A stretch of DNA of 50,743 nt from an uncultured bacterium (GTDB taxonomy: Bacteria > CAZSTA01), in assembly GCA_964609495.1 (NCBI GenBank), contig CAZSTA010000003.1, positions 1-50,743 on the forward strand, in the 5' to 3' direction. Under the pieces are notes generated by a model. It was not told the origin of the DNA and ran no database searches. It saw nothing but the letters and a program-made list of their open reading frames with translations. This document shows positions 27,682 through 36,773 of this stretch, piece after piece (the stretch's first letter is position 1; each line of letters opens with the position of its first letter). The translations under genes were made by a program, and so were the position numbers.

Positions 27682-29310
27682 ATGGTGGCGGAGGTCTTAA
27701 AGATAGGGGCATTCCTTTGCGGATGTGATAAAACTATATCGGAAATATCCGATAGCTTATGTGATTATATATCTACTCTTCCCCAAGTTGAACATATAGC
27801 TAAGGTAGAGGATTTCGATTCTGAAGAGGGACGAGAGGCGATAAAATCAGCTATTAGGGATAAAGGATTGAATCGCATAGTTGTTGCGGGCTATACTCCT
27901 AAAGTGGCAGAGCAAGTTCTCTCTAATATATTAGTAGAGGCGGGACTTAATCCCTATCTCTTCTCTTCTGCTAATATCGTAGAGCAATGTAGTCGGGTGC
28001 ATAGGGATAAAGAGAAGGTCTTGGATAAAGCTAAAAGGCTTATCTACGCGGCTTACAGAAGAGCTTGCCTTTTAGAGCCTCTGGATAATCAGGAGATAGA
28101 GGTGATCAAGAGAGTGTTGATTCTGGGGGGAGGGATCGCCGGTATCCAAGCCTCCTTAGAGCTATCCGATCTAGGATATGAAGTGATCCTTGTGGAGAGA
28201 GAGGCAGAATTAGGAGGTAAAATGGTAAAACTCTCCAGCCTCTATCAACTAGATACTAAACCAAGCGAGTTGCTCGAAAGTAAGATAAAGGAGATAAACA
28301 GGCGTGATAATATAAGAGTTCTAACCGACAGCGAATTATTATCTTTAAAAGGTTATGTGGGGAATTTCAAAGCCGAAATCGTTAGGAATGAAGCCCTCTT
28401 CGAGGTAGGAGCTGTCATCATTGCAACTGGCTTTGACACTTACGAGGATGGTTATAGCGCGAAGCTCTCAGAGGTAATAATGACTCAATTCCAATTTGAG
28501 GAGAAGTTAAAAGAGGGACTGAAAGTTAAGGAGGGGAGTTGTATCTGTTTCCTCCTGGATAGCATCGATTATGGGACTAAATTATCATCTATGACCGCTT
28601 TGAAGAACGCCCTTTTCCTTAGAGAGCAGTTCAACTGCGAAATATTTCTTTTATATCGTAATATGAAAGTGGCCGAGGAGGGATTAGAGCGATTATACCA
28701 AAGGGTAAGGGATAGTGGCGTTATGCTTTGCAAATATGAGGAGGAACCTCGTCTCCTAGGTGAAACTAGCATAAGATTTAAAGATCTCCTAGTGGGAGAG
28801 GAACTCAGATTGGATTATGATCTCCTGATCCTAGCAGAGAGGATAGGTCCTAGCAGGGACTTTGAGGAGTTAGGAGATATATTAGATATAGCTTATGATG
28901 AGGAAGGCTTTTACCCAGAGGACGATATCTATTTATTGCCTTATAACTCCAGTCGAAGGGGTGTCTTTCTAGTAGGAGGATGTCGCGGCTCGAGAAGCGT
29001 TACTCAAACGATGTTCGAAGTAAGTTCAACTGTCTCCGAAATACACTCCTTATTGTCCGAAGGGAAGACAGTTATCACTATGGACAAGGCGATCGTGGAT
29101 TCAGAGAAGTGCACTTTCTGCCTTACCTGCTATCGCACTTGTCCTCATAGCGCAATAGTTCTTGACTATGAGGAGCAGGCAGCTAGGATAATAGAGGCGG
29201 CTTGTCAGGCCTGCGGGATATGTGCTGGAGAGTGTCCAGCTAAGGCTATACAGCTGAGACATTATACTGACGATCAGGTAATAGCTCAGCTAGAGATAGC
29301 TATTACCTGA
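27682..29310 (+). CDS. Heterodisulfide reductase subunit A-like flavoprotein (degenerate cluster ligands)
   Basis: ANIVEQC..VH, GGGIAG, VGAVIIATG, two C-terminal CxxCxxCxxxCP ferredoxin motifs. Confidence 0.85.
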   Translation: MVAEVLKIGAFLCGCDKTISEISDSLCDYISTLPQVEHIAKVEDFDSEEGREAIKSAIRDKGLNRIVVAGYTPKVAEQVLSNILVEAGLNPYLFSSANIVEQCSRVHRDKEKVLDKAKRLIYAAYRRACLLEPLDNQEIEVIKRVLILGGGIAGIQASLELSDLGYEVILVEREAELGGKMVKLSSLYQLDTKPSELLESKIKEINRRDNIRVLTDSELLSLKGYVGNFKAEIVRNEALFEVGAVIIATGFDTYEDGYSAKLSEVIMTQFQFEEKLKEGLKVKEGSCICFLLDSIDYGTKLSSMTALKNALFLREQFNCEIFLLYRNMKVAEEGLERLYQRVRDSGVMLCKYEEEPRLLGETSIRFKDLLVGEELRLDYDLLILAERIGPSRDFEELGDILDIAYDEEGFYPEDDIYLLPYNSSRRGVFLVGGCRGSRSVTQTMFEVSSTVSEIHSLLSEGKTVITMDKAIVDSEKCTFCLTCYRTCPHSAIVLDYEEQAARIIEAACQACGICAGECPAKAIQLRHYTDDQVIAQLEIAIT

Positions 29311-29331
29311 GGATTTTGAGGAGGAAACAAG

Positions 29332-29646
29332 ATGGAGAATATAAGAGAAGAGCTAATTGAAAGTTTGAGGAATATTGAGCCTTCAGAGGATATCAATAGG
29401 AGTTTTGCTATACTTCTCAAGACCTATGCTGGGGAGAAGAAGAGATTTTTTCGATCCATAGTCGCTTATTATCAGAAGCGCTATGGGATGTCATCAGATG
29501 AATTTTATAAGTCTAGGATAGAAGGTAAAGATCATAGTTGGGATGATGAGGAGACTTATTCCGATTGGGTATCAGCAGAGCAAATAGTTGAAAGTATGAA
29601 TAGGGAGATAGAGAAGCTTGAGGTAGTAATGCATGATACGGGATAA
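29332..29646 (+). CDS. Small antitoxin-like protein (TumA-like), no adjacent toxin
   Basis: YQKRYGMSSDEFY...DEETYSDW motif. Confidence 0.5.
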   Translation: MENIREELIESLRNIEPSEDINRSFAILLKTYAGEKKRFFRSIVAYYQKRYGMSSDEFYKSRIEGKDHSWDDEETYSDWVSAEQIVESMNREIEKLEVVMHDTG

Positions 29647-29668
29647 TATAAATAGGGAGGTATAATCT

Positions 29669-30790
29669 GTGAAAATAACTTTCGCCCATATGGGCAATAT
29701 ATATATACCCTTAAGAGCTATTCTAGAGAGGCTAGGGGTGGATTATCTGATCCCTCCTCCGATAACTAAGAAGACCTTGACCATAGGGGTCCAAATGGGA
29801 CCGGAGTTCGCATGCTTTCCCCTCAAGGTCAATCTCGGTAACTTCGTTGAGGCTCTGGAGTTAGGAGCAGATTCGATAGTTATGGCTGGGGGAATAGGGC
29901 CCTGTCGTTTTGGCTACTATGCTCAGGTGCAGAAGAAGATCCTGGAGGATTATGGCTACAAGTTCGATATGTATATCCTCAACCAAAATCCAATGGTAAT
30001 AGTAAATAAGATCAGGGAGATCACCGGGCTAAGGATCACTTGGCTGGATATGATAAGAGATTTCTCCTTCGGTTGGAAGAAGCTGAAAGCGACTGAGGAG
30101 ATGGAAATCTTAGCCCATAAGATCAGACCCTATGAGCTTAAGAGGAGGGATACGACTAAAGCTTATAGGAAAGCTCTAAAGTTGATAGATGATGCCGAAA
30201 CTGATGAGGAGGTCAAAGAGGCTGGGGATAAAGGACGAGAGCTTATGAATAGCGTTCCAACTAGAGAACCTCGCGAGGGTGCTTTGAAGGTGGTGATTGT
30301 AGGAGAGATTTATACGGTCCTTGAGCCTTTTGTGAACTTCGATTTGGAGATCAAGCTGGGGGAGATGGGGATAGAGGTAGAGCGAATGGTATATTTGAGC
30401 CACTGGCTAGAGGGATTAGTCCCTATTATCGGAGGTAAGCAGAAGAGGAAGGTATATAAAGCGGCTCGTCCCTATCTCAAGTATCCGGTGGGAGGAGAAG
30501 GAATGGAATCTATTGGTAATACTGTCCTCTATGCCAAACGAGGCTTTGACGGAGTCATCCATCTCTTGCCCTTCACTTGTATGCCAGAGATTGTTGCGAG
30601 GAGCATCCTTCCCAAGGTGAGCAGGGATTTCGATATACCGGTGATGACCTTGATCCTGGATGAGCAGACCGGTGAGGCTGGATTAGTGACCAGAGTGGAA
30701 GCCTTCATCGATCTTATGGCGAGAAAGCGTGATATTAAGATTACCAGCGGAGCTAAAATTCCTCCCGCGATATTTGATCCCTCTCGTTAG
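29669..30790 (+). CDS. 2-hydroxyacyl-CoA dehydratase/CoA-protein activase-related protein (DUF2229-like)
   Basis: PEFACFPLK, GPCRFG, VGEIY, PFTCMPE, DEQTGEAG..TRVEAF. Confidence 0.82.
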   Translation: MKITFAHMGNIYIPLRAILERLGVDYLIPPPITKKTLTIGVQMGPEFACFPLKVNLGNFVEALELGADSIVMAGGIGPCRFGYYAQVQKKILEDYGYKFDMYILNQNPMVIVNKIREITGLRITWLDMIRDFSFGWKKLKATEEMEILAHKIRPYELKRRDTTKAYRKALKLIDDAETDEEVKEAGDKGRELMNSVPTREPREGALKVVIVGEIYTVLEPFVNFDLEIKLGEMGIEVERMVYLSHWLEGLVPIIGGKQKRKVYKAARPYLKYPVGGEGMESIGNTVLYAKRGFDGVIHLLPFTCMPEIVARSILPKVSRDFDIPVMTLILDEQTGEAGLVTRVEAFIDLMARKRDIKITSGAKIPPAIFDPSR

Positions 30791-30798
30791 GAGGCGAG

Positions 30799-31569
30799 TT
30801 GATGTATATAGACTGGTATAAAGACGATCGTTTCTTCGGAGAGGATTATCTAAAATTATACACACCGCTTCTTACTGAGGAACGCACTCTTGGGGAGATC
30901 AATTTCATAGATGAGGTATTAGCGCTTCCGTCAGGCGCTCGTATTCTCGATCTATGCTGTGGGCATGGCAGGCATAGCCTCAAATTGGCCCAGAGAGGAT
31001 ATAGGGTGACAGGACTGGATATTACTCCTCTATTTTTGGGAGTGGCTAGGGAAGAGGCGGCAAAAGCAGGGGTGGAAGTTGAATTTATCGAAGGTGATAT
31101 GAGGGAGATCCCCTTCGAGGATGAATTTGATGCAGTGATCAATATATTCACCTCCTTTGGTTTCTTTGAGAATGAGGAGGAGGATTTTAAGGTAATAAAG
31201 CAAGTCGATAAGGCGCTCAAGGATGAGGGGAAATTCATACTTGATACTATCAATAGAGAGAGGATCTTAGCCAACTTCATGCCCAAGGATTGGGAGAAGT
31301 TCGAGGATGGGACTTTGACTATAACTGAGAGGACTTTCGATCATAAGAGAAGCATGGTTCATTGCTGTATAGCTATGTTAAAGTCAGATGGAACTGAAAA
31401 GGAGATGGTTCATTCTCTCAGATTATACACTTTGCGGGAGTTCGTCCTTATGTTCAAGAGAGCTGGTCTCGATATCTCGGATGTATATGGAGACTTCGAC
31501 CAGAGCAAATATAGCTTGAAGAGTAGGCGTATGATTATGTTAGCTGAGAAGGGGTATGATCTGGAGTGA
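30799..31569 (+). CDS. Class I SAM-dependent methyltransferase
   Basis: ILDLCCGHGRH, GDMR, FTSFGFF. Confidence 0.88.
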   Translation: MMYIDWYKDDRFFGEDYLKLYTPLLTEERTLGEINFIDEVLALPSGARILDLCCGHGRHSLKLAQRGYRVTGLDITPLFLGVAREEAAKAGVEVEFIEGDMREIPFEDEFDAVINIFTSFGFFENEEEDFKVIKQVDKALKDEGKFILDTINRERILANFMPKDWEKFEDGTLTITERTFDHKRSMVHCCIAMLKSDGTEKEMVHSLRLYTLREFVLMFKRAGLDISDVYGDFDQSKYSLKSRRMIMLAEKGYDLE

Positions 31570-31669
31570 TAAATATAGGATGAATTTGAGAGCTATATGG
31601 ATATGAAATATATCCCCGGAGAGCGAAAGTTCTCCGGGGAAATTGAATTTCGGAGGGGAGGACTCTTAT

Positions 31670-32635
31670 ATGGCGATAGAGCTATTCACTGAAGATATGT
31701 CGGGGGAGGTTATAAAGCTTTGGAATAGGAGTATCGGAGATGATTTTCCACTAAGCGAGAGGCTCTTCAAACAGAATATCTTCACCGATCCCGATCCTAA
31801 GAGATTGAGGGGATTAGTCGCTAAGGAAGGGGATAGGATAGTCGGCTTCATATTAGCGAAGGGATGTTTGAAAGAGGCAGGAGAGAGGGAAGATCAGGGG
31901 TGGATAAGCATAATGCTGATCGATCCAGAGCATACGGGGGAAGGGATTGGAACGGAGTTATATTCTCAGGCGGAGGGTTTCCTCCGAGAGCGAGGAGCTA
32001 GGCGACTCTCATTAGGAGGAGATTTTTTCCACTTCTTCCCCGGAGTTCCGACCAAGTTCACCTCTGCTATGGACTTCTTTGAGAAACAAGGATACGAGAG
32101 AGGAGCAGAAGCCTATGATCTAGCGAGATCGTTGGTCGATTATGAAACTCCTGCTTATGTTTATGAGGCTATTAAGGATAAAGTGGATTTGACCATTCGT
32201 AATTGCCGAGAGGATGAGAAGGAGGCTTTATTGGACTTTCTAGCGGGAGCCTTTCCCGGACGGTGGTATTATGGGAGTAAGCTATTTTTAGAACGGGGAA
32301 CAGCCGCGAGCGATTTCTTGATAGCGTTGGAGAAGGAGAAGATAATAGGATTTTGTCATATTTATCATCCAGGGTCGAAGATGATCATCGGTCCTAATGT
32401 CTATTGGTCGAAGTTGCTAGGCGAGAATTACGGGGGTTTAGGACCAATGGGGCTGGATGCTGAGAAGAGAGGAAAGGGAATAGGATTAGCTCTCCTCGCT
32501 AGGTCTGTAGAATATCTGAGATCTTTAGGAGTGGAAAAGATGGCTATCGACTGGACTGGTCTATTGTATTTCTACGGTAAATTGGGATTCGAAGTGTGGA
32601 AGGAATACACCCATATGTATAAAATCCTTGAATAA
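31670..32635 (+). CDS. Tandem GNAT N-acetyltransferase
   Basis: Two acetyl-CoA motifs (GEGIG; RGKGIG), HFFPGVP, IDWT. Confidence 0.85.
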   Translation: MAIELFTEDMSGEVIKLWNRSIGDDFPLSERLFKQNIFTDPDPKRLRGLVAKEGDRIVGFILAKGCLKEAGEREDQGWISIMLIDPEHTGEGIGTELYSQAEGFLRERGARRLSLGGDFFHFFPGVPTKFTSAMDFFEKQGYERGAEAYDLARSLVDYETPAYVYEAIKDKVDLTIRNCREDEKEALLDFLAGAFPGRWYYGSKLFLERGTAASDFLIALEKEKIIGFCHIYHPGSKMIIGPNVYWSKLLGENYGGLGPMGLDAEKRGKGIGLALLARSVEYLRSLGVEKMAIDWTGLLYFYGKLGFEVWKEYTHMYKILE

Positions 32636-32761
32636 GGTCTGCCGAAGGTGCAGGTCTTTTCTATATGCTGGTGTTAGTTTCGCATCACTTATTTATATAC
32701 TTGACATAGAGTCTTAACTTGGATATACTAATATATATCAATTCAGAAAAGAGGGGTCTTT

Positions 32762-33019
32762 ATGAGAATCACGCTGGAGCTTCACATCGCTAACATCACA
32801 GGGGCGAAAAAGATGCTCGAAAGCTTAGAAGCTAAACCTGGTATATCAAAATTAACTCTGAATGAATACATCCGAACTAGTCAAACTGATAGACAGGGCA
32901 GAGCTAAAATTCAGATAGAGCATGACACAACCCCAATGCAGATAGCTTTGTGGCTAGAAGGATTAGATTGTAGGATTAATAAGCTGGGTTTAAAGTTGAT
33001 TAGAGCCACAAAACTATAG
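32762..33019 (+). CDS. Hypothetical protein
   Basis: 85-aa ORF with GAGG RBS and TTGACA-17-TATACT promoter at 32701-32729. Confidence 0.6.
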   Translation: MRITLELHIANITGAKKMLESLEAKPGISKLTLNEYIRTSQTDRQGRAKIQIEHDTTPMQIALWLEGLDCRINKLGLKLIRATKL

Positions 33020-33076
33020 GGCAGTGAGTAAAAGCTATCGTGGTTGTAGTGGATATGTCTTAGGGAATATAGTTAT

Positions 33077-33117
33077 TTGGCATACTCCAACGACCTTCAG
33101 TCATTAGAGTATGCCAA
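33077..33117 (-). terminator. 18-bp hairpin between convergent genes
   Basis: TTGGCATACTCTAATGAC-TGAAG-GTCGTTGGAGTATGCCAA (two G-U pairs on the minus strand). Confidence 0.55.
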
Positions 33118-33144
33118 TTTGCTCTCCTTGCTAAAAAGCTGGAA

Positions 33145-33367
33145 CTACTCCCTTATGAATCCTGATCTCGCCCCCAGCCAGGTAAATTCAAACCGTTTTC
33201 CATTGGGATAATTAACGACTTCTCCATCTATACTGCCCCAAACTAAACCAAATTGAAAATCTCCGTCATTGTCCGAGCCTATCTTAGTATATGCCTGAAC
33301 CTCCATGTTAAGGTAGTCCTCATCAAGCCCTTCCATCTCATAAATATGATATGTTCCTAAAGTCCAT
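33145..33367 (-). pseudogene. Frameshifted, truncated remnant of a conserved hypothetical protein
   Basis: ATG GAC TTT A then GGA ACA TAT CAT ATT TAT GAG ATG (MDF-shift-GTYHIYEM..DEDYLNMEVQAY..FQFGLV..FEFTW), stopping early. Confidence 0.55.
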
Positions 33368-33841
33368 ATGGGCAGTGGATCGTGTGTCGCTGGATCGCCA
33401 AGCTATGCAATGGGCCGCAAAATTCTTCAGAGCACCGCTCTTGATTATGATAGCCTCTACCCGAAATACGGTTGCATACATAGTGAGGAGTGAGATTACA
33501 TCCAGTAGCGACCGATAGCCAGATAATCCTGATATGTCGATGTATATCTTAGTGAACTGCTTTCCTAGATCAAGCGCTGCTCGGACATCAAAAGCATCAA
33601 GAACCTCGAAATGAAGGTCCGGATGCCTCTCTCTTGCCCGTTGAATACATTCACTACTGATATCCGTTCCTATCACTTCTTTGCAATGCGGAGCTATGAG
33701 CTTTGTAGTCGTTCCCCACTCGCACCCAATCTCCAGCACCACATCATTTTCATTGACCCAGACTGGAATGGTCTCGCGATATTCCTTGACATTTCGGGTG
33801 GCAACGAACTTGGTATTTAGCCTGAATTGTCTCTCGTTCAC
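33338..33841 (-). CDS. Small class I SAM methyltransferase-like protein (cassette-like)
   Basis: VLEIGCEWG, IGTD; AAGGAG RBS before GTG 33841. Confidence 0.75.
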   Translation of the reverse strand: MNERQFRLNTKFVATRNVKEYRETIPVWVNENDVVLEIGCEWGTTTKLIAPHCKEVIGTDISSECIQRARERHPDLHFEVLDAFDVRAALDLGKQFTKIYIDISGLSGYRSLLDVISLLTMYATVFRVEAIIIKSGALKNFAAHCIAWRSSDTRSTAHMDFRNISYL

Positions 33842-33888
33842 TACAATATACTCCTTATTAGAGTTGCCCAATAGAGTGCTGGCTTAAT

Positions 33889-33969
33889 TTCATATAACAT
33901 CTCCGCTGTTTGTGAAACCCAAGGGATTTGAGTCGAACGAAGTGAGCCACAAACGGCGTGTTATATGAA
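33889..33969 (-). mobile_element. Integron attC-like recombination site
   Basis: Minus strand: TTCATATAAC-A-CGCCGTTTGTG ... CACAAACAGCG-GAGAT-GTTATATGAA; outer AAC/GTT boxes and paired inner boxes, between two same-strand genes. Confidence 0.65.
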
Positions 33970-34014
33970 GTCGCCTACCAATATTGGATTGAATAGTTTA
34001 ATGCTATGCTAAGG

Positions 34015-34809
34015 TCAAACTTCTCTCCAGACTTCTCTGACGTATCTCATCCCCTCTACAATGCCCTCTCTCCCTTTTGTGCCACCTGCTTCCAGCGAAA
34101 TCCACCCGTCGAAGTTAGCTGACTTCAATATCTTGAATATCTCGGCAAAGGGAACGCAGCCTTCCCCAACAACTTGATGTTCGAGCTGCTCATCTCTATC
34201 ACTAGCGTGGACGTGGATGACTCTTTCCTTGACGATCTCCGCAAGTTCGACAGCACTATCTCCCGACTCCATGGGATTTGATGTGTCCAAGTTGACCTTC
34301 AACCGATTATCGTTGACAAGGGCCAGAATCTTTGTAAAATCTTCCACACTCGTTCCGATTTGAGGATGATCTTCTAGCGCAAGCATCACCCCTTTTTCTT
34401 CTGCATAGTCGAGACTCCTCTTCAGGCAATCCGCCACATTGCCTAGGGCTTCCTCCTGGTTACAATCCTGAGGCCAACTACCCGCCGTTACTCTTACAAT
34501 GTTGGTGCGAAGGATAACAGCCGCATCGACATCTCCTCTTAGGGATTCAATCTGCTTGAGTCGCTCTTTCTCCGAAGGAGATGCAAGTTGTCCGTAACTG
34601 GTAAACATTGAGATTTCTAGCCCAGCCCGGTTTATCTCATCAGCGAGCTTCTCTAGAAAGCTATGTTCGGTAGTTTTCAAGTAGGGACGATACACCTCGA
34701 TGCCATCGAGACCTATATCCGCTGCCATTTTTATCCACTCACTAAGAGACATCTTCCCCGTGCGAATGATATCGTCAAAGAAGCAAATGGGTATACAACT
34801 TACTTTCAC
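34015..34809 (-). CDS. Sugar phosphate isomerase/epimerase (cassette-like)
   Basis: LALEDH, NLDTSN, HVHASD, ISLE. Confidence 0.85.
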   Translation of the reverse strand: MKVSCIPICFFDDIIRTGKMSLSEWIKMAADIGLDGIEVYRPYLKTTEHSFLEKLADEINRAGLEISMFTSYGQLASPSEKERLKQIESLRGDVDAAVILRTNIVRVTAGSWPQDCNQEEALGNVADCLKRSLDYAEEKGVMLALEDHPQIGTSVEDFTKILALVNDNRLKVNLDTSNPMESGDSAVELAEIVKERVIHVHASDRDEQLEHQVVGEGCVPFAEIFKILKSANFDGWISLEAGGTKGREGIVEGMRYVREVWREV

Positions 34810-35025
34810 AATTTCTGTCCTCCTTTTATTCTCTTTGCTTTAAACTAAGCTAACGATTTCATATAACTTAAAATGATGAGCAACTTCGTTTATGCACGAC
34901 TCTAGGTGAAGCCTAAAATTGTAACTTTCGATTATCGCCATCAATTCAGTATTGACCAATATTCTATATAGAGATCGCTCTATTTTTGTTATCTTCAAAA
35001 TGTTTCTTCTAAGCGACCTTTTCTT

Positions 35026-35820
35026 TCACAGTTTTATTCTCAGGTTTAGCCTCCTCTCTAGTTGAATCTTCTCCAGTTTTCGCTGCAATTCCGCCCAATA
35101 GGGATGATCAGATGAGAAGGCGATCTGCCTGTACTGTCCTGTCACCTCAGGGAAATGATGCTCCAATATGCCCCGAACGTTCTGCCAGTTTCGGTCTCCC
35201 TCCCCTTCAATGCTCAGAGAGTAGATCCAGATCGTGTCAGCGTATGGCGCTGTCATTTCGATAAGCGACTCTACATCGGTGATGAAAGGCATCACTGGAC
35301 TAATCAGCGTGTAGGTTTCGAGGCCTGCATCTTTCAACTTCTTGAGGGCTTCGATCCTCCTTTCATTGGGCGGAGCGTTGGCCTCGAATAGCCGTCGAAT
35401 ATGATCGTCCTGAAAGGCAATCGAGATACCCACCGATGAGCCAGTCATACTCGCGAGCAAATCGATGTCGCGGGCTACCAGGTCGGACTTGGTCAGGATA
35501 CAGACCGAGAAGTTCTGCTGTGCTAACAGTTCTAGCGCTTGTCGGGTCTGCTGGTAGATTGCCTCAGATGGTTGGTAGGGGTCGGTATTCATCCCGATAT
35601 AGATTGTCTGAGGTTCAAGTGCGGAGAGCTCGTGACTCAGTTGATCGGCAATGTCATGGTGCATAAGGATCTCTTCTGCCGAGTCTATCTCAGTCTGGTT
35701 GAGGGTATAGCAGTAGTAGCAGTGGTGTTCGCATCCAATGTATGGATCTAGCTGATAGGCAAACATCTCCAAGCTACAAGGTTGGAGGATTTGCCGACTG
35801 GAACACCTGCGCACTCTCAT
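35026..35820 (-). CDS. Radical SAM protein (SplB/Rv2578c-like)
   Basis: DPYIGCEHHCYYCY, TDPYQP, ILTKSDLV.RD. Confidence 0.85.
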   Translation of the reverse strand: MRVRRCSSRQILQPCSLEMFAYQLDPYIGCEHHCYYCYTLNQTEIDSAEEILMHHDIADQLSHELSALEPQTIYIGMNTDPYQPSEAIYQQTRQALELLAQQNFSVCILTKSDLVARDIDLLASMTGSSVGISIAFQDDHIRRLFEANAPPNERRIEALKKLKDAGLETYTLISPVMPFITDVESLIEMTAPYADTIWIYSLSIEGEGDRNWQNVRGILEHHFPEVTGQYRQIAFSSDHPYWAELQRKLEKIQLERRLNLRIKL

Positions 35821-35940
35821 TGCTCTACGGCACTCCTTTTCAATGATCCACTATTACATGGCTACCTTAAGTAGTTTAAAAGAAGTTTCGGGCTGTTTGG
35901 TCTGAGATGTTTGAGATCAGATTAGGTCTTGACTCACCTT

Positions 35941-36105
35941 AAATCACCCTCCCCTCAAGGGAGAGGGAAACTAATCTCATCAAGAGAAGGGCTTAATTAT
36001 GTTCCCTCTCCCCTTGTGGGAGAGGGATAAAAGGTAACTTTTTAACCTTGAGTCCTATTTGAAGCAAAAGTTACCTTTTAAGGGTGAGGGGAAAATTATA
36101 TCTTG
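35941..36105. repeat. REP-like CCCTCTCCC/GGGAGAGGG element, copy A
   Basis: AAATCACCCTCCCCT ... CCCTCTCCCCTTGTGGGAGAGGGA ... AGGGTGAGGGG; homologous to the copies at 38693 and 46705. Confidence 0.8.
36028..36080. mobile_element. 53-bp mini-MITE with terminal inverted repeats, flanked by TA
   Basis: TAAAAGGTAACTTTT ... AAAAGTTACCTTTTA (perfect 15-bp IR) interrupting GAGAGGGATA/GGGTGAGGGG, which is contiguous in copies B and C. Confidence 0.65.
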
Positions 36106-36160
36106 AGCTAATAATCGAAAAACTAATAATAGGAAGTTATTTATTTGAAACTACTTAAAT

Positions 36161-36773
36161 TCAACTAGAACCAAATCTCAATCTGAGGATAGTATAAACC
36201 GCTTTGTATATTTCCCGCTTAGATATTTTAGATCTGCCAGCTCTTCTGTCAACGAAGATAATCGGGATCTCTCCTATCTTAAAACCCTTCTGCTTGCACT
36301 TATACAGCATTTCGACTAAAAAAGAATATCCATCGGAGAATATGTTATCGAGATCTATCACCTCTAGAACCTCTCTTCTATAGCATCTAAACCCAGCGGT
36401 GCGATCGTTATTCTCGAATCCCAAAAGTGCCTTAGCTACAAGATTAGCGGTTCGGCTTATTGTCTTCCTTATAATCCCCCAGTTCACCGTGCCGCCACCT
36501 TCTATATACCGCGAGCCGATCACTAAATCGTATTCACCAGCTTTAGATATCAACTCTGGTATATACTTCGGATCGTGGGAGAAATCAGCATCCATAGTTA
36601 AGATGAGATCGCTTCCCCAACTCATCAGCTATTCGTCCTGTTCCATCAGGGGAATTATCATCAACTATAACTATCTCCAACCTCGAGTTTAGATCTAAAG
36701 CTATTATTTTCTCAACCAGCTTCTGGAGGTTATCCCTCTCGTTATAAGTGGAAATAATAATTGTAGCTTTCAT
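36161..36773 (-). pseudogene. Polyprenol-phosphate mannose synthase (Dpm1-like GT2) with internal deletion and frameshift
   Basis: TYNERDN..VDDNSPDGTG in one frame jumps to MDADFSHDP in another; the usual HR..KxGLG segment is missing. Confidence 0.8.

Noticed and set aside
29300-29330. TGA stop of the HdrA-like gene as selenocysteine
   Set aside because: Falls at the normal C-terminus, with another stop soon after and no SECIS-like hairpin
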